Assembly (NCBI GenBank): GCA_963675515.1
Contig: OY776328.1
Location: 2,640,001-2,672,000 of the forward strand
Reading direction: 5' to 3'
DNA length: 32,000 bases
DNA from: Coprobacillaceae bacterium
Lineage (GTDB): Bacteria; Bacillota_I; Bacilli_A; Erysipelotrichales; Coprobacillaceae
A model generated the notes under the pieces. That model was not told where the DNA came from and ran no database searches. It saw nothing but the letters and a program-made list of their open reading frames with translations. Position numbers and translations under genes: made by a program. This document shows positions 16,623 to 25,787 of the stretch, one piece after another. Numbering within the stretch: the stretch's first letter is position 1; each line of letters opens with the position of its first letter.

Positions 16623-17414
16623 TCACTCCGCCAGTGTTTCCACAGTTTTCTCGTGCAAGAGAACTTTGTTTTTGTTCAAATTCAAATAGGCGCTGTAAAG
16701 CAAATCAATTATCACCAGCACCGGAAACTGGGGTGATATGAGTTTGCCGTTGTCAAGGTTGTTCATTGAGGGGATTTGCAGTTTGTAATCGACAAAGTCA
16801 TAACGATGTTTGCCTGCGCTGATGAGCACCGTTTTGGCCTTCTGTTTGTGCGCCTGCTTCAAAGTGAAGATTACTTCCTTTTTCTGGCCGCTGACCGATA
16901 TCCCGATGACCAGGGAATTTTCATCCTGGAAAATCGAGGACATTTTCATAAGATCACTCTGGTCGATGCAATCAATCGCGACCCCTAGCCTGATGAATCT
17001 TCTTTTCATTTCCTCGCCAGCCAATCCCGAACTGCCGATTCCAACAACCAGTATATGTCTTACCTTGTCAAACAAGGAAGCTACCATTTCAATCTGATCG
17101 TCATCGATATATTCGGGGTATCGTGACAGGATATCATTATAGATGCTTAACGTGGTGTTCGCGCTCAGCACCTCTTTATTCTCTTCGAAAACCTTCTCAT
17201 ACTGGTAGACGAATTCCCGGTATCCCCTGAAGCCAAGCTTCTTGGCAAACCTTGACAGGGACGCCTCGGAAACAAACAGTCTTTCCTTCATCACCTTGAT
17301 TGAGAAATCCGATCTGGCGCGGTTGTTGATGAAATAATCCGCTATCACCTTCTCGACCTTGGTGAAATAATCATATTTGTCGATGATGGCGGGCATAATG
17401 TCTTCAGTGTACAT
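16623..17414 (-). CDS. MurR/RpiR-family transcriptional regulator (HTH plus SIS domain)
   Basis: The N-terminus EKVIADYFINN...SEASLSRFAKKLGFRGYREF is an RpiR-type helix-turn-helix. The SIS-like core reads ILVVGIGSSG...ISVSG. The choice of start at 17414 is uncertain (alternative 17396). Confidence 0.85.
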   Translation of the reverse strand: MYTEDIMPAIIDKYDYFTKVEKVIADYFINNRARSDFSIKVMKERLFVSEASLSRFAKKLGFRGYREFVYQYEKVFEENKEVLSANTTLSIYNDILSRYPEYIDDDQIEMVASLFDKVRHILVVGIGSSGLAGEEMKRRFIRLGVAIDCIDQSDLMKMSSIFQDENSLVIGISVSGQKKEVIFTLKQAHKQKAKTVLISAGKHRYDFVDYKLQIPSMNNLDNGKLISPQFPVLVIIDLLYSAYLNLNKNKVLLHEKTVETLAE

Positions 17415-17457
17415 GGAAGCAACCACCTCCTTGATGACATTATACCGCTAAACCATA

Positions 17458-18960
17458 CTAATCTTCAATTCCCAGAATGTCATTGATGGCATTTTTGTAT
17501 AGAATCGCTTTGGCACCATAAATGGCCTGAATTCCGCCCTTGATTTCCAATACCGCAGTCGCCCCCATCGCTTTGAGCTTATCCTTGTCAACCTTGTCGA
17601 CATCCTTGACACTGACACGGAGTCTGGTCACGCATGCGTCCACGTCTTCCAGGTTCTCTTCGCCACCAAGCGCCGCCAATATTTCTACCGCTTCTTCGTG
17701 AAGTGAGGATTTCTGCTGTGTTGCCGGTGCAGGAACATCCTCATCCTCATCCGAACGGCCCGGAGTCATGATGTTGAATTTCAAGATTGCGAATTTGAAA
17801 ACGAAGTAATACAACGCGGCCCAGATAAGTCCAAACGGTATCTCAATAAGCCAATTTGTCTTGGCATTGCCTTGCAAAATGCCAAATAACGTAAAGTCGA
17901 TGAAACCGCCTGAAAAAGTGTTTCCGATGGAAATATTCAGGATATCGGCAATGAAGAAAGACACACCATCCAAGAAGGCATGGACAACATAAAGGATCGG
18001 CGAAACGAACAGGAACATGTATTCAAGCGGTTCGGTAATTCCGGTAAGGAATGAAGTCAGAGCCACACTGAAGAAGATTCCGGCAAAAAGTTTGCGTTTT
18101 TCCTTTTTGACACAGTGATACATCGCCAAGGCTGCCGCCGGAAGACCGAACATCATTGTTGAAAAACGTCCGGCAAAGAATCTTGTCCCTTCGGTAAACA
18201 GACCAACATGGTTGGGATCAGCCAATTGGGCGAAGAATATTTTTTGAGCACCGACGATAGTCTGACCGGCTACAACTTCAGTTCCACCCAGTTCAGTGTA
18301 CCAGAACATCGGATAAATCATGTGGTGGAGACCAACTGCTCCGCAAAGACGCATCAGGAAACCATAGAAAAACGTTCCGATCGGCCCGGTTGCCGCAATC
18401 ACAGTACCTGCAGATACAAGAGCCCCTTGCAATGGTGGCCAAACAATGTAAAACACGCTTCCTAAAACGATCGCCGCCAATGATGTGATGATCGGTACAA
18501 ACCGGGAACCACCGAAGAATCCCAGAAACCGTGGCAGCTCGATGTTGCGGTAACGGTTATGAAGGGTAACTGCGATGGCACCCATCGCCAACGCTCCGAC
18601 AACTCCGGTGTCAATCGCATTGCCTTCAGGATTGAAGATTGAAAGCATGGCGCTTATTGTTCCAGTCATGATCAAATAACCGACGACACCAGCCAGAGCG
18701 GCAACACCTTTGTCTTTTTTTGCCAGACCGACACAAAGCCCGATACACAATAACAGTGGCAAGTTGGCGAACACAACCGAACCGGCCGCAGCCATGATCT
18801 TGAATATTGCCTGAAGCAGCGGCGAATTCAATACAGGATAGGCATTGATTGTCGTTTCGTTAGAAAGAGCTCCCCCTATCCCCAAAAGCAGACCTGCCGC
18901 AGGCAAAATTGCGATTGGCAGCATAAACGATTTTCCAATTTTTTGTAAAGTCTTAAACAT
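17458..18960 (-). CDS. PTS glucose-family EIICB component (no EIIA domain)
   Basis: MFKTLQKIGKSFMLPIAILPAAGLLLGIGG is an EIIC N-terminus. The C-terminal EIIB domain contains DACVTRLRV. A GGGAGGAG RBS is present. Confidence 0.9.
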   Translation of the reverse strand: MFKTLQKIGKSFMLPIAILPAAGLLLGIGGALSNETTINAYPVLNSPLLQAIFKIMAAAGSVVFANLPLLLCIGLCVGLAKKDKGVAALAGVVGYLIMTGTISAMLSIFNPEGNAIDTGVVGALAMGAIAVTLHNRYRNIELPRFLGFFGGSRFVPIITSLAAIVLGSVFYIVWPPLQGALVSAGTVIAATGPIGTFFYGFLMRLCGAVGLHHMIYPMFWYTELGGTEVVAGQTIVGAQKIFFAQLADPNHVGLFTEGTRFFAGRFSTMMFGLPAAALAMYHCVKKEKRKLFAGIFFSVALTSFLTGITEPLEYMFLFVSPILYVVHAFLDGVSFFIADILNISIGNTFSGGFIDFTLFGILQGNAKTNWLIEIPFGLIWAALYYFVFKFAILKFNIMTPGRSDEDEDVPAPATQQKSSLHEEAVEILAALGGEENLEDVDACVTRLRVSVKDVDKVDKDKLKAMGATAVLEIKGGIQAIYGAKAILYKNAINDILGIED

Positions 18961-18977
18961 ATTATCTCCTCCCTGAA

Positions 18978-19649
18978 TTATTTAAGTTTTTCTACAAATC
19001 TTTGAGTTATTTCCTTAGGCCGGGTGATCGCCCCGCCCACTACGGCGCTGAAAACGCCACATTCTTCATAAACCCGACGCAGCTGTTCGGGTGTGTGAAT
19101 CTTACCCTCGGCGATGACAGGTACATCGAGTTTTTCGACACAGCGCTTAAGCAGTTCGTAATCGGGTCCGTCGATCAATTTCGAATAGCTTGTGTAGCCA
19201 CAAAGAGTCGTCGACACAATATCGAACCCAATTTGCTCGGCACTCGCACACTCTTCGAAAGTGGAACAGTCAGCCATAGCCAGTCGGCCATGATCATGAA
19301 TCATTGCGACCAGTTCCTCGATTTTTTCACCATTAGGCCGTTTTCTTGCAGTGGCATCCAGGGCGATGATCTCGCATCTGGTTTCCAGCAGTTCGGCCAC
19401 CTCCTTTTTTGTCGGGGTGATGTATACTTCGCTGTCTGGATAATTCCTTTTGACGATTCCAATGATCGGAAGATCAACTGTTTCCTGGATCGCCAGGATA
19501 TCCTCCTTCGACTGCGCCCGGATTCCTTTGGCGCCGCCCTGTTTTGCCGCCAATGCCATCCGGGCCATGATTTCGCTTGAATGAAGCGGCTCATCTTCCA
19601 GGGCCTGGCACGAAACGATAAGCGCGCCTTTTATTTCTTCTAATACCAT
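18978..19649 (-). CDS. nanE: N-acetylmannosamine-6-phosphate 2-epimerase
   Basis: GALIVSCQALEDEPLHSSEIMARMALAAKQGGAKGIRA...IIGIVKR...ADCST...TTLCGYT matches the NanE pattern. I chose the ATG at 19649; its RBS (GAAGAG) is weak. Confidence 0.9.
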   Translation of the reverse strand: MVLEEIKGALIVSCQALEDEPLHSSEIMARMALAAKQGGAKGIRAQSKEDILAIQETVDLPIIGIVKRNYPDSEVYITPTKKEVAELLETRCEIIALDATARKRPNGEKIEELVAMIHDHGRLAMADCSTFEECASAEQIGFDIVSTTLCGYTSYSKLIDGPDYELLKRCVEKLDVPVIAEGKIHTPEQLRRVYEECGVFSAVVGGAITRPKEITQRFVEKLK

Positions 19650-19704
19650 ATACTCTTCGGTCAACCGTTCGGTTGTACCTTGCCTCCTTTCCTTTGACAA
19701 TTTC

Positions 19705-19733
19705 AGTATACAACTCTTCCAAAAATAATCCAA
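19705..19733 (-). promoter_or_regulatory. Candidate promoter of nanE-PTS-rpiR
   Basis: The minus strand reads TTGGAT, a 17-nt spacer, then TATACT. Confidence 0.45.
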
Positions 19734-19783
19734 CAAAATGTAAGCACTTAGATTTTTGTTTCAAGGTTTCTTGCTTACGGAGC

Positions 19784-19807
19784 AAAACTGAAAGCAATTT
19801 CAGTTTT
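19784..19807. promoter_or_regulatory. Perfect palindrome with a cre-like core (candidate CcpA or RpiR operator)
   Basis: AAAACTGAAA GCAA TTTCAGTTTT has perfect 10-bp arms. The core TGAAAGCAATTTCA differs from the cre consensus TGWNANCGNTNWCA only at the central G. Confidence 0.4.
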
Positions 19808-19812
19808 TATGA

Positions 19813-19842
19813 CAAAAAAAGCCTTAACCTCACGATTAAGAC
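19813..19842 (-). terminator. Intrinsic terminator after oppF
   Basis: The minus strand reads GTCTTAA TCGTGAGG TTAAGGC followed by a T7 run. Confidence 0.65.
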
Positions 19843-19849
19843 TTCATAT

Positions 19850-20800
19850 TTATATATTGTGACAGGCAGCAAAGTGACCTGGCGTGTATTCCTTCAACTC
19901 AGGTTTGACATCTTTGCAGATGTCAGTCGCTTTAGGGCAACGTCCCACGAACGGGCAGCCTTTTGGCAAGTCGATTGGCGAAGGGATATCCCCCTGCAGG
20001 ATGATACGCTGTTTTGCGTGTTCCTTTTGGGGATCGGCAATCGGCACCGCTGAAAGCAAGGCTTGCGAATATGGATGCAATGCGTTTTCATAAACATCAT
20101 TGGCCTCCCCGACTTCGACAACGTGACCTAGATACATGACCACGATGCGGTCGGAAATGAAACGGACGATATCCAAGTCATGGGCGATGAAAAGGTATGT
20201 CAGCCCCAGTTTCTTTTGCAGGTCGATCAGAAGGTTGATCACCTGTGACTGGATTGAGACGTCAAGTGCCGAAATCGGCTCGTCGCAGACCAAAAATTCC
20301 GGTTCGATCGCCAACGCACGGGCGATCCCGATTCTTTGGCGCTGTCCCCCTGAGAATTCATGAGGGAAGCGGTTGGCATGTTCCTTGTTGAGACCTACCA
20401 GCTCCAGAAGTTCGGCAACCCTTTTCTTGCGGGTCGCATCGTCATACATCTTGTGAATGACCATACCTTCAGCGATTATGTCACCGACGGTCATCCTAGG
20501 ATTCAATGATGCATATGGATCCTGGAAGATCATTTGGGCCTTTTTCGCATACTTCAAACGGTCTTTGGCGCTTTTTATATGCAGCTCCTGTCCGTTATAG
20601 ATGATTTTTCCATCAGTCGGCTGGTAGACACCCATTACCACCCGTCCCAAAGTCGATTTGCCACAACCTGATTCCCCAACCAGCCCGACAGTCTCACCTT
20701 TGAAAATGTCGAAGTTGACATGGTTTACCGCAGTCAGCTCGCCGCCGCTTACATGGAACGTTTTGGTCAGATTATTCAGCTCTAACAGTTTCTCTGCCAT
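19850..20800 (-). CDS. oppF: Oligopeptide ABC transporter ATP-binding protein
   Basis: Walker A GESGCGKST, signature FSGGQRQR and Walker B LVCDEP are present, along with the C-terminal Cys-containing oligopeptide-type extension. Confidence 0.9.
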   Translation of the reverse strand: MAEKLLELNNLTKTFHVSGGELTAVNHVNFDIFKGETVGLVGESGCGKSTLGRVVMGVYQPTDGKIIYNGQELHIKSAKDRLKYAKKAQMIFQDPYASLNPRMTVGDIIAEGMVIHKMYDDATRKKRVAELLELVGLNKEHANRFPHEFSGGQRQRIGIARALAIEPEFLVCDEPISALDVSIQSQVINLLIDLQKKLGLTYLFIAHDLDIVRFISDRIVVMYLGHVVEVGEANDVYENALHPYSQALLSAVPIADPQKEHAKQRIILQGDIPSPIDLPKGCPFVGRCPKATDICKDVKPELKEYTPGHFAACHNI

Positions 20801-21801
20801 TAGTTGTCCTCCTTAACTTTACTAGGATAGTCTTTATGCATCAGCCAGCACTTCGATTCATGACCGGGACCAACCTGATAAACAGGCGGTTCGTTTTTCT
20901 GGCAGATCTTCATGCAACTTTCACATCTTGGTGCAAAGGCGCAACCGATTGGCGGTTCGATCAAGTCGGGTGGTGTTCCCGGAATTGAAAGGAGACCTTT
21001 CTCTTTGGAAGCGTTGTTGCCTGGCAGTGATTTTAACAAGGCTCTTGTATATGGATGGCTTGGATTGTAGAAGATATCCTCAGCCGTTCCGGTCTCGACA
21101 ATCTGACCGGCATACATTACCGCAATGCGGTCAGCCAACGATGCCACCACACCAAGGTCATGGGTGATAAGCACAATTCCTGTCCCCAGATCATTCCTGA
21201 TTTGCGACAACAGTTCAATTATCTGGGCCTGGATCGTTACATCGAGAGCCGTAGTCGGTTCGTCGGCGATAAGCAGATCCGGATTGCATGAAAGGGCCAT
21301 GGCGATCATCGCCCGCTGACGCATCCCGCCTGAGAATTCATGAGGATACTGTTTGGCTCTTTTTTCCGCATTTGGAATCTGGACCTTCTTAAGCATTTCG
21401 ATGGCTCTTTTTTGAGCCTCTTCTTTAGAGAGATGTTGATGGTGGCGGATCGCCTCGGTTATCTGTTTTCCCACCTGCATCGTCGGATTCAATGAAGTCA
21501 TCGGATCCTGGAAAATCATCGATACTTCTTTCCCACGGATCTTCTGCATTTTTTCTTCGCTTGTAGCGATTATGTCATGATCGTTAAGTTTCAATTTCCC
21601 TGACTTGATTCGCGCCGGGGGCATCGGGTTCAATTTCATGATTGTCTGGGCCGTGACCGATTTGCCACTTCCCGATTCTCCAACCACGGCAAGAACCTCT
21701 CCTTTGTCAACAGAGTAGCTCACACCGCGCACAGCCTGAACTTCACCTGCATAAGTATCGAAGGAAACGTAAAGATCTTCTATTTCTAATACTTTTGCCA
21801 T
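20800..21801 (-). CDS. oppD: Oligopeptide ABC transporter ATP-binding protein
   Basis: Walker A GESGSGKS, signature FSGGMRQR and Walker [12 protein letters not shown] are present. Its stop overlaps the oppF start (TAATG). Confidence 0.9.
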   Translation of the reverse strand: MAKVLEIEDLYVSFDTYAGEVQAVRGVSYSVDKGEVLAVVGESGSGKSVTAQTIMKLNPMPPARIKSGKLKLNDHDIIATSEEKMQKIRGKEVSMIFQDPMTSLNPTMQVGKQITEAIRHHQHLSKEEAQKRAIEMLKKVQIPNAEKRAKQYPHEFSGGMRQRAMIAMALSCNPDLLIADEPTTALDVTIQAQIIELLSQIRNDLGTGIVLITHDLGVVASLADRIAVMYAGQIVETGTAEDIFYNPSHPYTRALLKSLPGNNASKEKGLLSIPGTPPDLIEPPIGCAFAPRCESCMKICQKNEPPVYQVGPGHESKCWLMHKDYPSKVKEDN

Positions 21802-21803
21802 AA

Positions 21804-22763
21804 TTATCTCCTTAATTTCGGGTCAAACGCATCCCGCAGACGGTCACCCAAGAGGTTGAATGCCAACATGGTGATCGAAATGAAGAATGCCGGTATCAAC
21901 AATTGGTAAGGGTAAGCCTGGAAGTTCCGGATTCCCGAACTTGCCAGCATCCCCCATGAAGCGTTGGGAATCGGTACCCCAAGACCCAAAAACGAAAGGA
22001 ACGCCTCGGTGAAGATTGCCGAAGGAATCGACAAAGTCAGGTTGATGATGATTACCGAAATGATGTTGGGAATCAAGTGACGCGCAATGATCCGAGTCGA
22101 ACTTGCCCCCATGGTTGAAGCCGCGATAACGAACTCCTGTTGTTTAAGCTGCAACACCTGACCGCGGACCAGACGGGCCATTCCGACCCAACCGATCATG
22201 CAGTACGCGATGATGATTGTTGAAATTCCCGGTTCCAGGACCAATCCCAACAGGATTACGATAAGCAGGTAAGGAATCCCGTTGATGATTTCGACAATCC
22301 GCATCAATACGTTGTCAATCATGCCACCGAAATATCCTGAAACACCGCCGTAAACAATCCCGATAACCGTATTGATGGCAACCGCAACAAAGGCGATCAT
22401 CAGCGAAACGCGGGCCCCTTGCCAGGTTCTCACCCACAAATCACGACCAAGATCGTCGGTCCCGAAAATGTGGATGCTTGTGTCACCGGTGAAAAACAAT
22501 CCCACGTTCTTGAATTCCAGATGTTGCTCGGAAATTGTGTAAGGTGAAATCATCGGGAAAATGATTGCCCCCAATATCATCACAATCAGAATAACGATGA
22601 AAAACATCGCCAATCTGTCGGATTTCAATCGACCCCATGCGTCCTGCCAGAAAGAAATCGACTTTCTGGAAATCACATTGGCGCTGTCGATATCCTGTCC
22701 CACATGCTCAAATTCCTCAGCCGGTATTGATGAAGAAGCATCATATATTCTATTTTCTTCCAT
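21804..22763 (-). CDS. oppC: Oligopeptide ABC transporter permease
   Basis: This polytopic permease carries the EAA-like region FVIAASTMGASSTRIIARHLIPN. It sits between oppB and oppD. Confidence 0.9.
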   Translation of the reverse strand: MEENRIYDASSSIPAEEFEHVGQDIDSANVISRKSISFWQDAWGRLKSDRLAMFFIVILIVMILGAIIFPMISPYTISEQHLEFKNVGLFFTGDTSIHIFGTDDLGRDLWVRTWQGARVSLMIAFVAVAINTVIGIVYGGVSGYFGGMIDNVLMRIVEIINGIPYLLIVILLGLVLEPGISTIIIAYCMIGWVGMARLVRGQVLQLKQQEFVIAASTMGASSTRIIARHLIPNIISVIIINLTLSIPSAIFTEAFLSFLGLGVPIPNASWGMLASSGIRNFQAYPYQLLIPAFFISITMLAFNLLGDRLRDAFDPKLRR

Positions 22764-22773
22764 TCATCTTCTC

Positions 22774-23709
22774 CTATTTCGATAAATCGACACGCGGGTC
22801 GACAACTCCGTATAAAATATCAATAATCAATGTCGCAATGATCAAGAATGCCCCATAGAATATCGTCGTACCGACGATAACCTGATAGTCGACTGACTGG
22901 ATTGAAGTGACAAACAATCGTCCCATACCCGGGATCGCGAAAATCTGTTCAACGACAAACCCACCAGTCAAAATGGCAGCAGCCAGAGGACCAAGCACCG
23001 TAAGAACCGGCATCGCCGCGTTTCTTAGGGCATGGCGGTATAGGATTGTCCGTTGCGACAAACCTTTGGCCTTTGCTGTCTTGATATAGTCGGACCCCAA
23101 CACATCAAGCATCGAAGTCCGCATCAGTCTCGATACTGTAGCCAAGGTTCCAAGCGACAGTGACAATGCCGGGAGAATCTTGTGCATTTCCGAAGAATAT
23201 CCTGAAATCGGGAAAATGAATGTCCCTAAAGCCAGACCCAATTTCAATCCCAGGAAATATTGAAGAACAGCCGCAACGATGAACGAAGGAACCGAAACAC
23301 CGATTACTGAAATCATCATCGCCACAGTATCCGCGGTTTTCCCGCGTCGGATCGCTGCGGTCGAACCTAGGAATACTCCGATTACCGTCGCGAAAATCAG
23401 CGACCGGATTCCAAGGTCGAATGAATATGGGAATGATTCGAGAATGATTGTCGTAACTGGCCGGTTGGAAACCGCCGATGTTCCCAAATCTCCGGTGAAT
23501 ACATTGCCCAGGTAAATAAAGAATTGTTGCCACACTGGTTTGTCAAAACCATATTTGGCCATCAAAGCGGCTTTAGTCGCTTCTGACATGGCCTTATCAC
23601 CAATGAATGGATCGCCAGGCAATAGCTGCATCAACGCAAAAGTTATTGCGACCAATACAACGATTGTCAAGAAGGCGTAAACCACCCGTTTAAGTACGTA
23701 TTTTGTCAT
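22774..23709 (-). CDS. oppB: Oligopeptide ABC transporter permease
   Basis: MTKYVLKRVVYAFLTIV...DYIKTAKAKGLSQRTILYRHALRNA is the typical OppB/DppB pattern. The start at 23709 sits behind a GAAAGGTG RBS. Confidence 0.9.
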   Translation of the reverse strand: MTKYVLKRVVYAFLTIVVLVAITFALMQLLPGDPFIGDKAMSEATKAALMAKYGFDKPVWQQFFIYLGNVFTGDLGTSAVSNRPVTTIILESFPYSFDLGIRSLIFATVIGVFLGSTAAIRRGKTADTVAMMISVIGVSVPSFIVAAVLQYFLGLKLGLALGTFIFPISGYSSEMHKILPALSLSLGTLATVSRLMRTSMLDVLGSDYIKTAKAKGLSQRTILYRHALRNAAMPVLTVLGPLAAAILTGGFVVEQIFAIPGMGRLFVTSIQSVDYQVIVGTTIFYGAFLIIATLIIDILYGVVDPRVDLSK

Positions 23710-23790
23710 ACTTACACACCTTTCCAAAAATTTTAGTAGTCACATCCATGTTTTTTGAACGTACCGAATAATAATACTATATTTGACATG

Positions 23791-23823
23791 CAAAAACAAG
23801 AGGAAGATATCCCCTTGTTTTTT
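23791..23823 (-). terminator. Partial terminator (attenuator) between oppA and oppB
   Basis: The minus strand reads AACAAGGGGA TATC TTCCTCTTGTT (one G-U pair) followed by TTTTTG. Confidence 0.5.
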
Positions 23824-23869
23824 GACAGCCATTTGCTTAATTTTCTTAAGAATTATCGGCTATTATTTG

Positions 23870-25519
23870 TTATTTAACGTATCTGATATTTACATCGTTA
23901 AATGCTTTACGAACCAGTCCTTCAGCAGCGTCTGATTGAACATAAGAAACTGAACGTTGGTAGATAACACCGATTGGGTAATCAGTTGCGATCAATTGTT
24001 CGATTTGAACCATGATGTCGTTACGAGCATCAACGTCCAATTCAGCTTTTGCAGCATCAACCAATGCGTCATACTCAGCTGAATTGTAACCACCGTGGTT
24101 GTTTCCGCTTGTTGAGTAGAACAGATCCAAGAAAGTCATTGGGTCATCATAGTCAGGACCCCAACCAGCGAATACCAGTGAGAAGTCACCAGATTGCATA
24201 GCGGCGATTCTTGATTTGTATGGCATAGAGTTGATTGTGATTTCCACACCCAAGTTTGTTTTCAACTGTTCTTGAACGAAAGTCGCATATTTTTGAGCTG
24301 TTGTAGTATCATCGGCGATCATAACCAGATTCAAGTCAGCAACAGTCATGTTTTCTTCAGCCAGACCTTCTTCCAATAAAGCTTTAGCTTCAGTGTAGTC
24401 AGTTGATCTTACAGTAAGATCTCCAACCAATTCTTTGAATTCACCGTTGGCAATCGCTGCAGGTGTGAATGAAGTTGCAACAACTGATTCATTTTGCACG
24501 ATATTGTCGATGAATGATTGGGCATCGATACCTAATGTCAAGGCTTTACGAACTTTGGCATTGTTTGTACCTGGAATGTTGCAGTTGAATTCCAAATACC
24601 AAGAAGAACCATCAGAGTAGTTAAGGATGTCATATCCTTGTTCTTTCAATTGTGATGCCACTTCACCTGAAACCGCAGTTTCATCCAGGTTTCCGGCAAC
24701 GAATTCGTTTTTAGATGTATTTTCATCTTTGATCATACGGAATGTGGCACCTTTTAGGTTGATGCTGTCCGCATCCCAGTATGTGTCGCTCTTAGCGAAA
24801 GTGATGTGGTCTTCATGTTGCCATTCAGTGATGTTGAACGCACCATTATAGATCAGTTTGTCTGCATCTTTAGCGTAGTTGTCAGCGCCAACTTCTTCAT
24901 AGAATGCTTGGTTAACTGGCAAGAAGTTTACGAATGCCAACAATTTGATGAAGAATGGATAGCTTGAAGTAGTTGTGATTGTGAATGTCATGTCATCAAC
25001 AGCGTCCCAACCTTTGGCAGCAACAGCAGCGTCATAAGCGGCTTGATCCAATTCCCCGCTGTCAGCGTTCAAAGTTGCCATCATGGCTTCAGCTCCGACA
25101 AAATATGGAGCCCAAGTTCCAGCATAGGCAGCACCGTAAGCCGGATTGAACAACAAGTCCAATGCGAACTCGAAATCCGCAGCAGTCACAGGTGTTCCAT
25201 TTGACCAGACACCATCTTCTTGCAAGTGGAATGTATATGTCACAGTACCATCAGCGTTGGCCACCTCATCCCAAGTTGCAGCAGCACCTGGCTGAGCATC
25301 ATTGTTTTCGTCAAGGATTACAAGACCGTCCATACACTGTCTTAATACATCCATAGACCCTGATGATGTAGTCAATACCGAGTTTAATTCAGGGGGTTCA
25401 GTAGTTGTGTTGATCGTGAGTGATTCAGCCCCACCAGACGATGTAGTAGCACATCCAGAAAGCGTTGAAACAGACATTGCAGCTACAAGCCCACCAGCCA
25501 ATAGTTTTTTGAAATTCAT
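23870..25519 (-). CDS. oppA: Oligopeptide-binding lipoprotein (family-5 solute-binding protein)
   Basis: The start MNFKKLLAGGLVAAMSVSTLSGCA contains an LSGC lipobox and sits behind a GGAGGAAAG RBS. The tracked ORF start at 25726 is an upstream extension with no support. Confidence 0.9.
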   Translation of the reverse strand: MNFKKLLAGGLVAAMSVSTLSGCATTSSGGAESLTINTTTEPPELNSVLTTSSGSMDVLRQCMDGLVILDENNDAQPGAAATWDEVANADGTVTYTFHLQEDGVWSNGTPVTAADFEFALDLLFNPAYGAAYAGTWAPYFVGAEAMMATLNADSGELDQAAYDAAVAAKGWDAVDDMTFTITTTSSYPFFIKLLAFVNFLPVNQAFYEEVGADNYAKDADKLIYNGAFNITEWQHEDHITFAKSDTYWDADSINLKGATFRMIKDENTSKNEFVAGNLDETAVSGEVASQLKEQGYDILNYSDGSSWYLEFNCNIPGTNNAKVRKALTLGIDAQSFIDNIVQNESVVATSFTPAAIANGEFKELVGDLTVRSTDYTEAKALLEEGLAEENMTVADLNLVMIADDTTTAQKYATFVQEQLKTNLGVEITINSMPYKSRIAAMQSGDFSLVFAGWGPDYDDPMTFLDLFYSTSGNNHGGYNSAEYDALVDAAKAELDVDARNDIMVQIEQLIATDYPIGVIYQRSVSYVQSDAAEGLVRKAFNDVNIRYVK

Positions 25520-25636
25520 GTTTCTTTCCTCCAAATTTCTTCCATACAAATTTATTGTATGATGTAACTTTAGCATACAATCCCAAAATATTCCATAATT
25601 TTTATCATTTTTAGCGAAAATTTTACCCCTATTTTG

Positions 25637-25651
25637 GAATTTTAGAAAATT
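25637..25651. promoter_or_regulatory. Weak CodY-box-like site in the oppA leader
   Basis: GAATTTTAGAAAATT matches the consensus AATTTTCWGAAAATT at 12 of 15 positions by hand alignment. It lies just downstream of a TATAAT -10 element (25670-25675, minus strand). Confidence 0.25.
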
Positions 25652-25756
25652 TTTTTTACATACGTTACCATTATAGGAAAGTGTTTTTAATGAAGTACAA
25701 CAAAGTGTATTACACACCCTGAGCACTTACGTATCAGCATGTACACGCATATACCA

Positions 25757-25787
25757 AAGACAAAAGGGAATTTACTCATAAATTCCC
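25757..25787 (-). terminator. Intrinsic terminator after the thermonuclease gene
   Basis: The minus strand reads GGGAATTT ATGAGT AAATTCCC followed by TTTTG. The stop codon lies in the loop. Confidence 0.65.

Noticed and set aside
19682-19690. A strong AAGGAGG on the minus strand, 30 nt upstream of the nanE ATG, with no start codon at a usable distance.
   Set aside because: No ATG, GTG or TTG lies within 5-12 nt. The nearest in-frame TTG is 18 nt away. It is probably a fortuitous SD-like sequence in the leader, so the nanE start stays at 19649.
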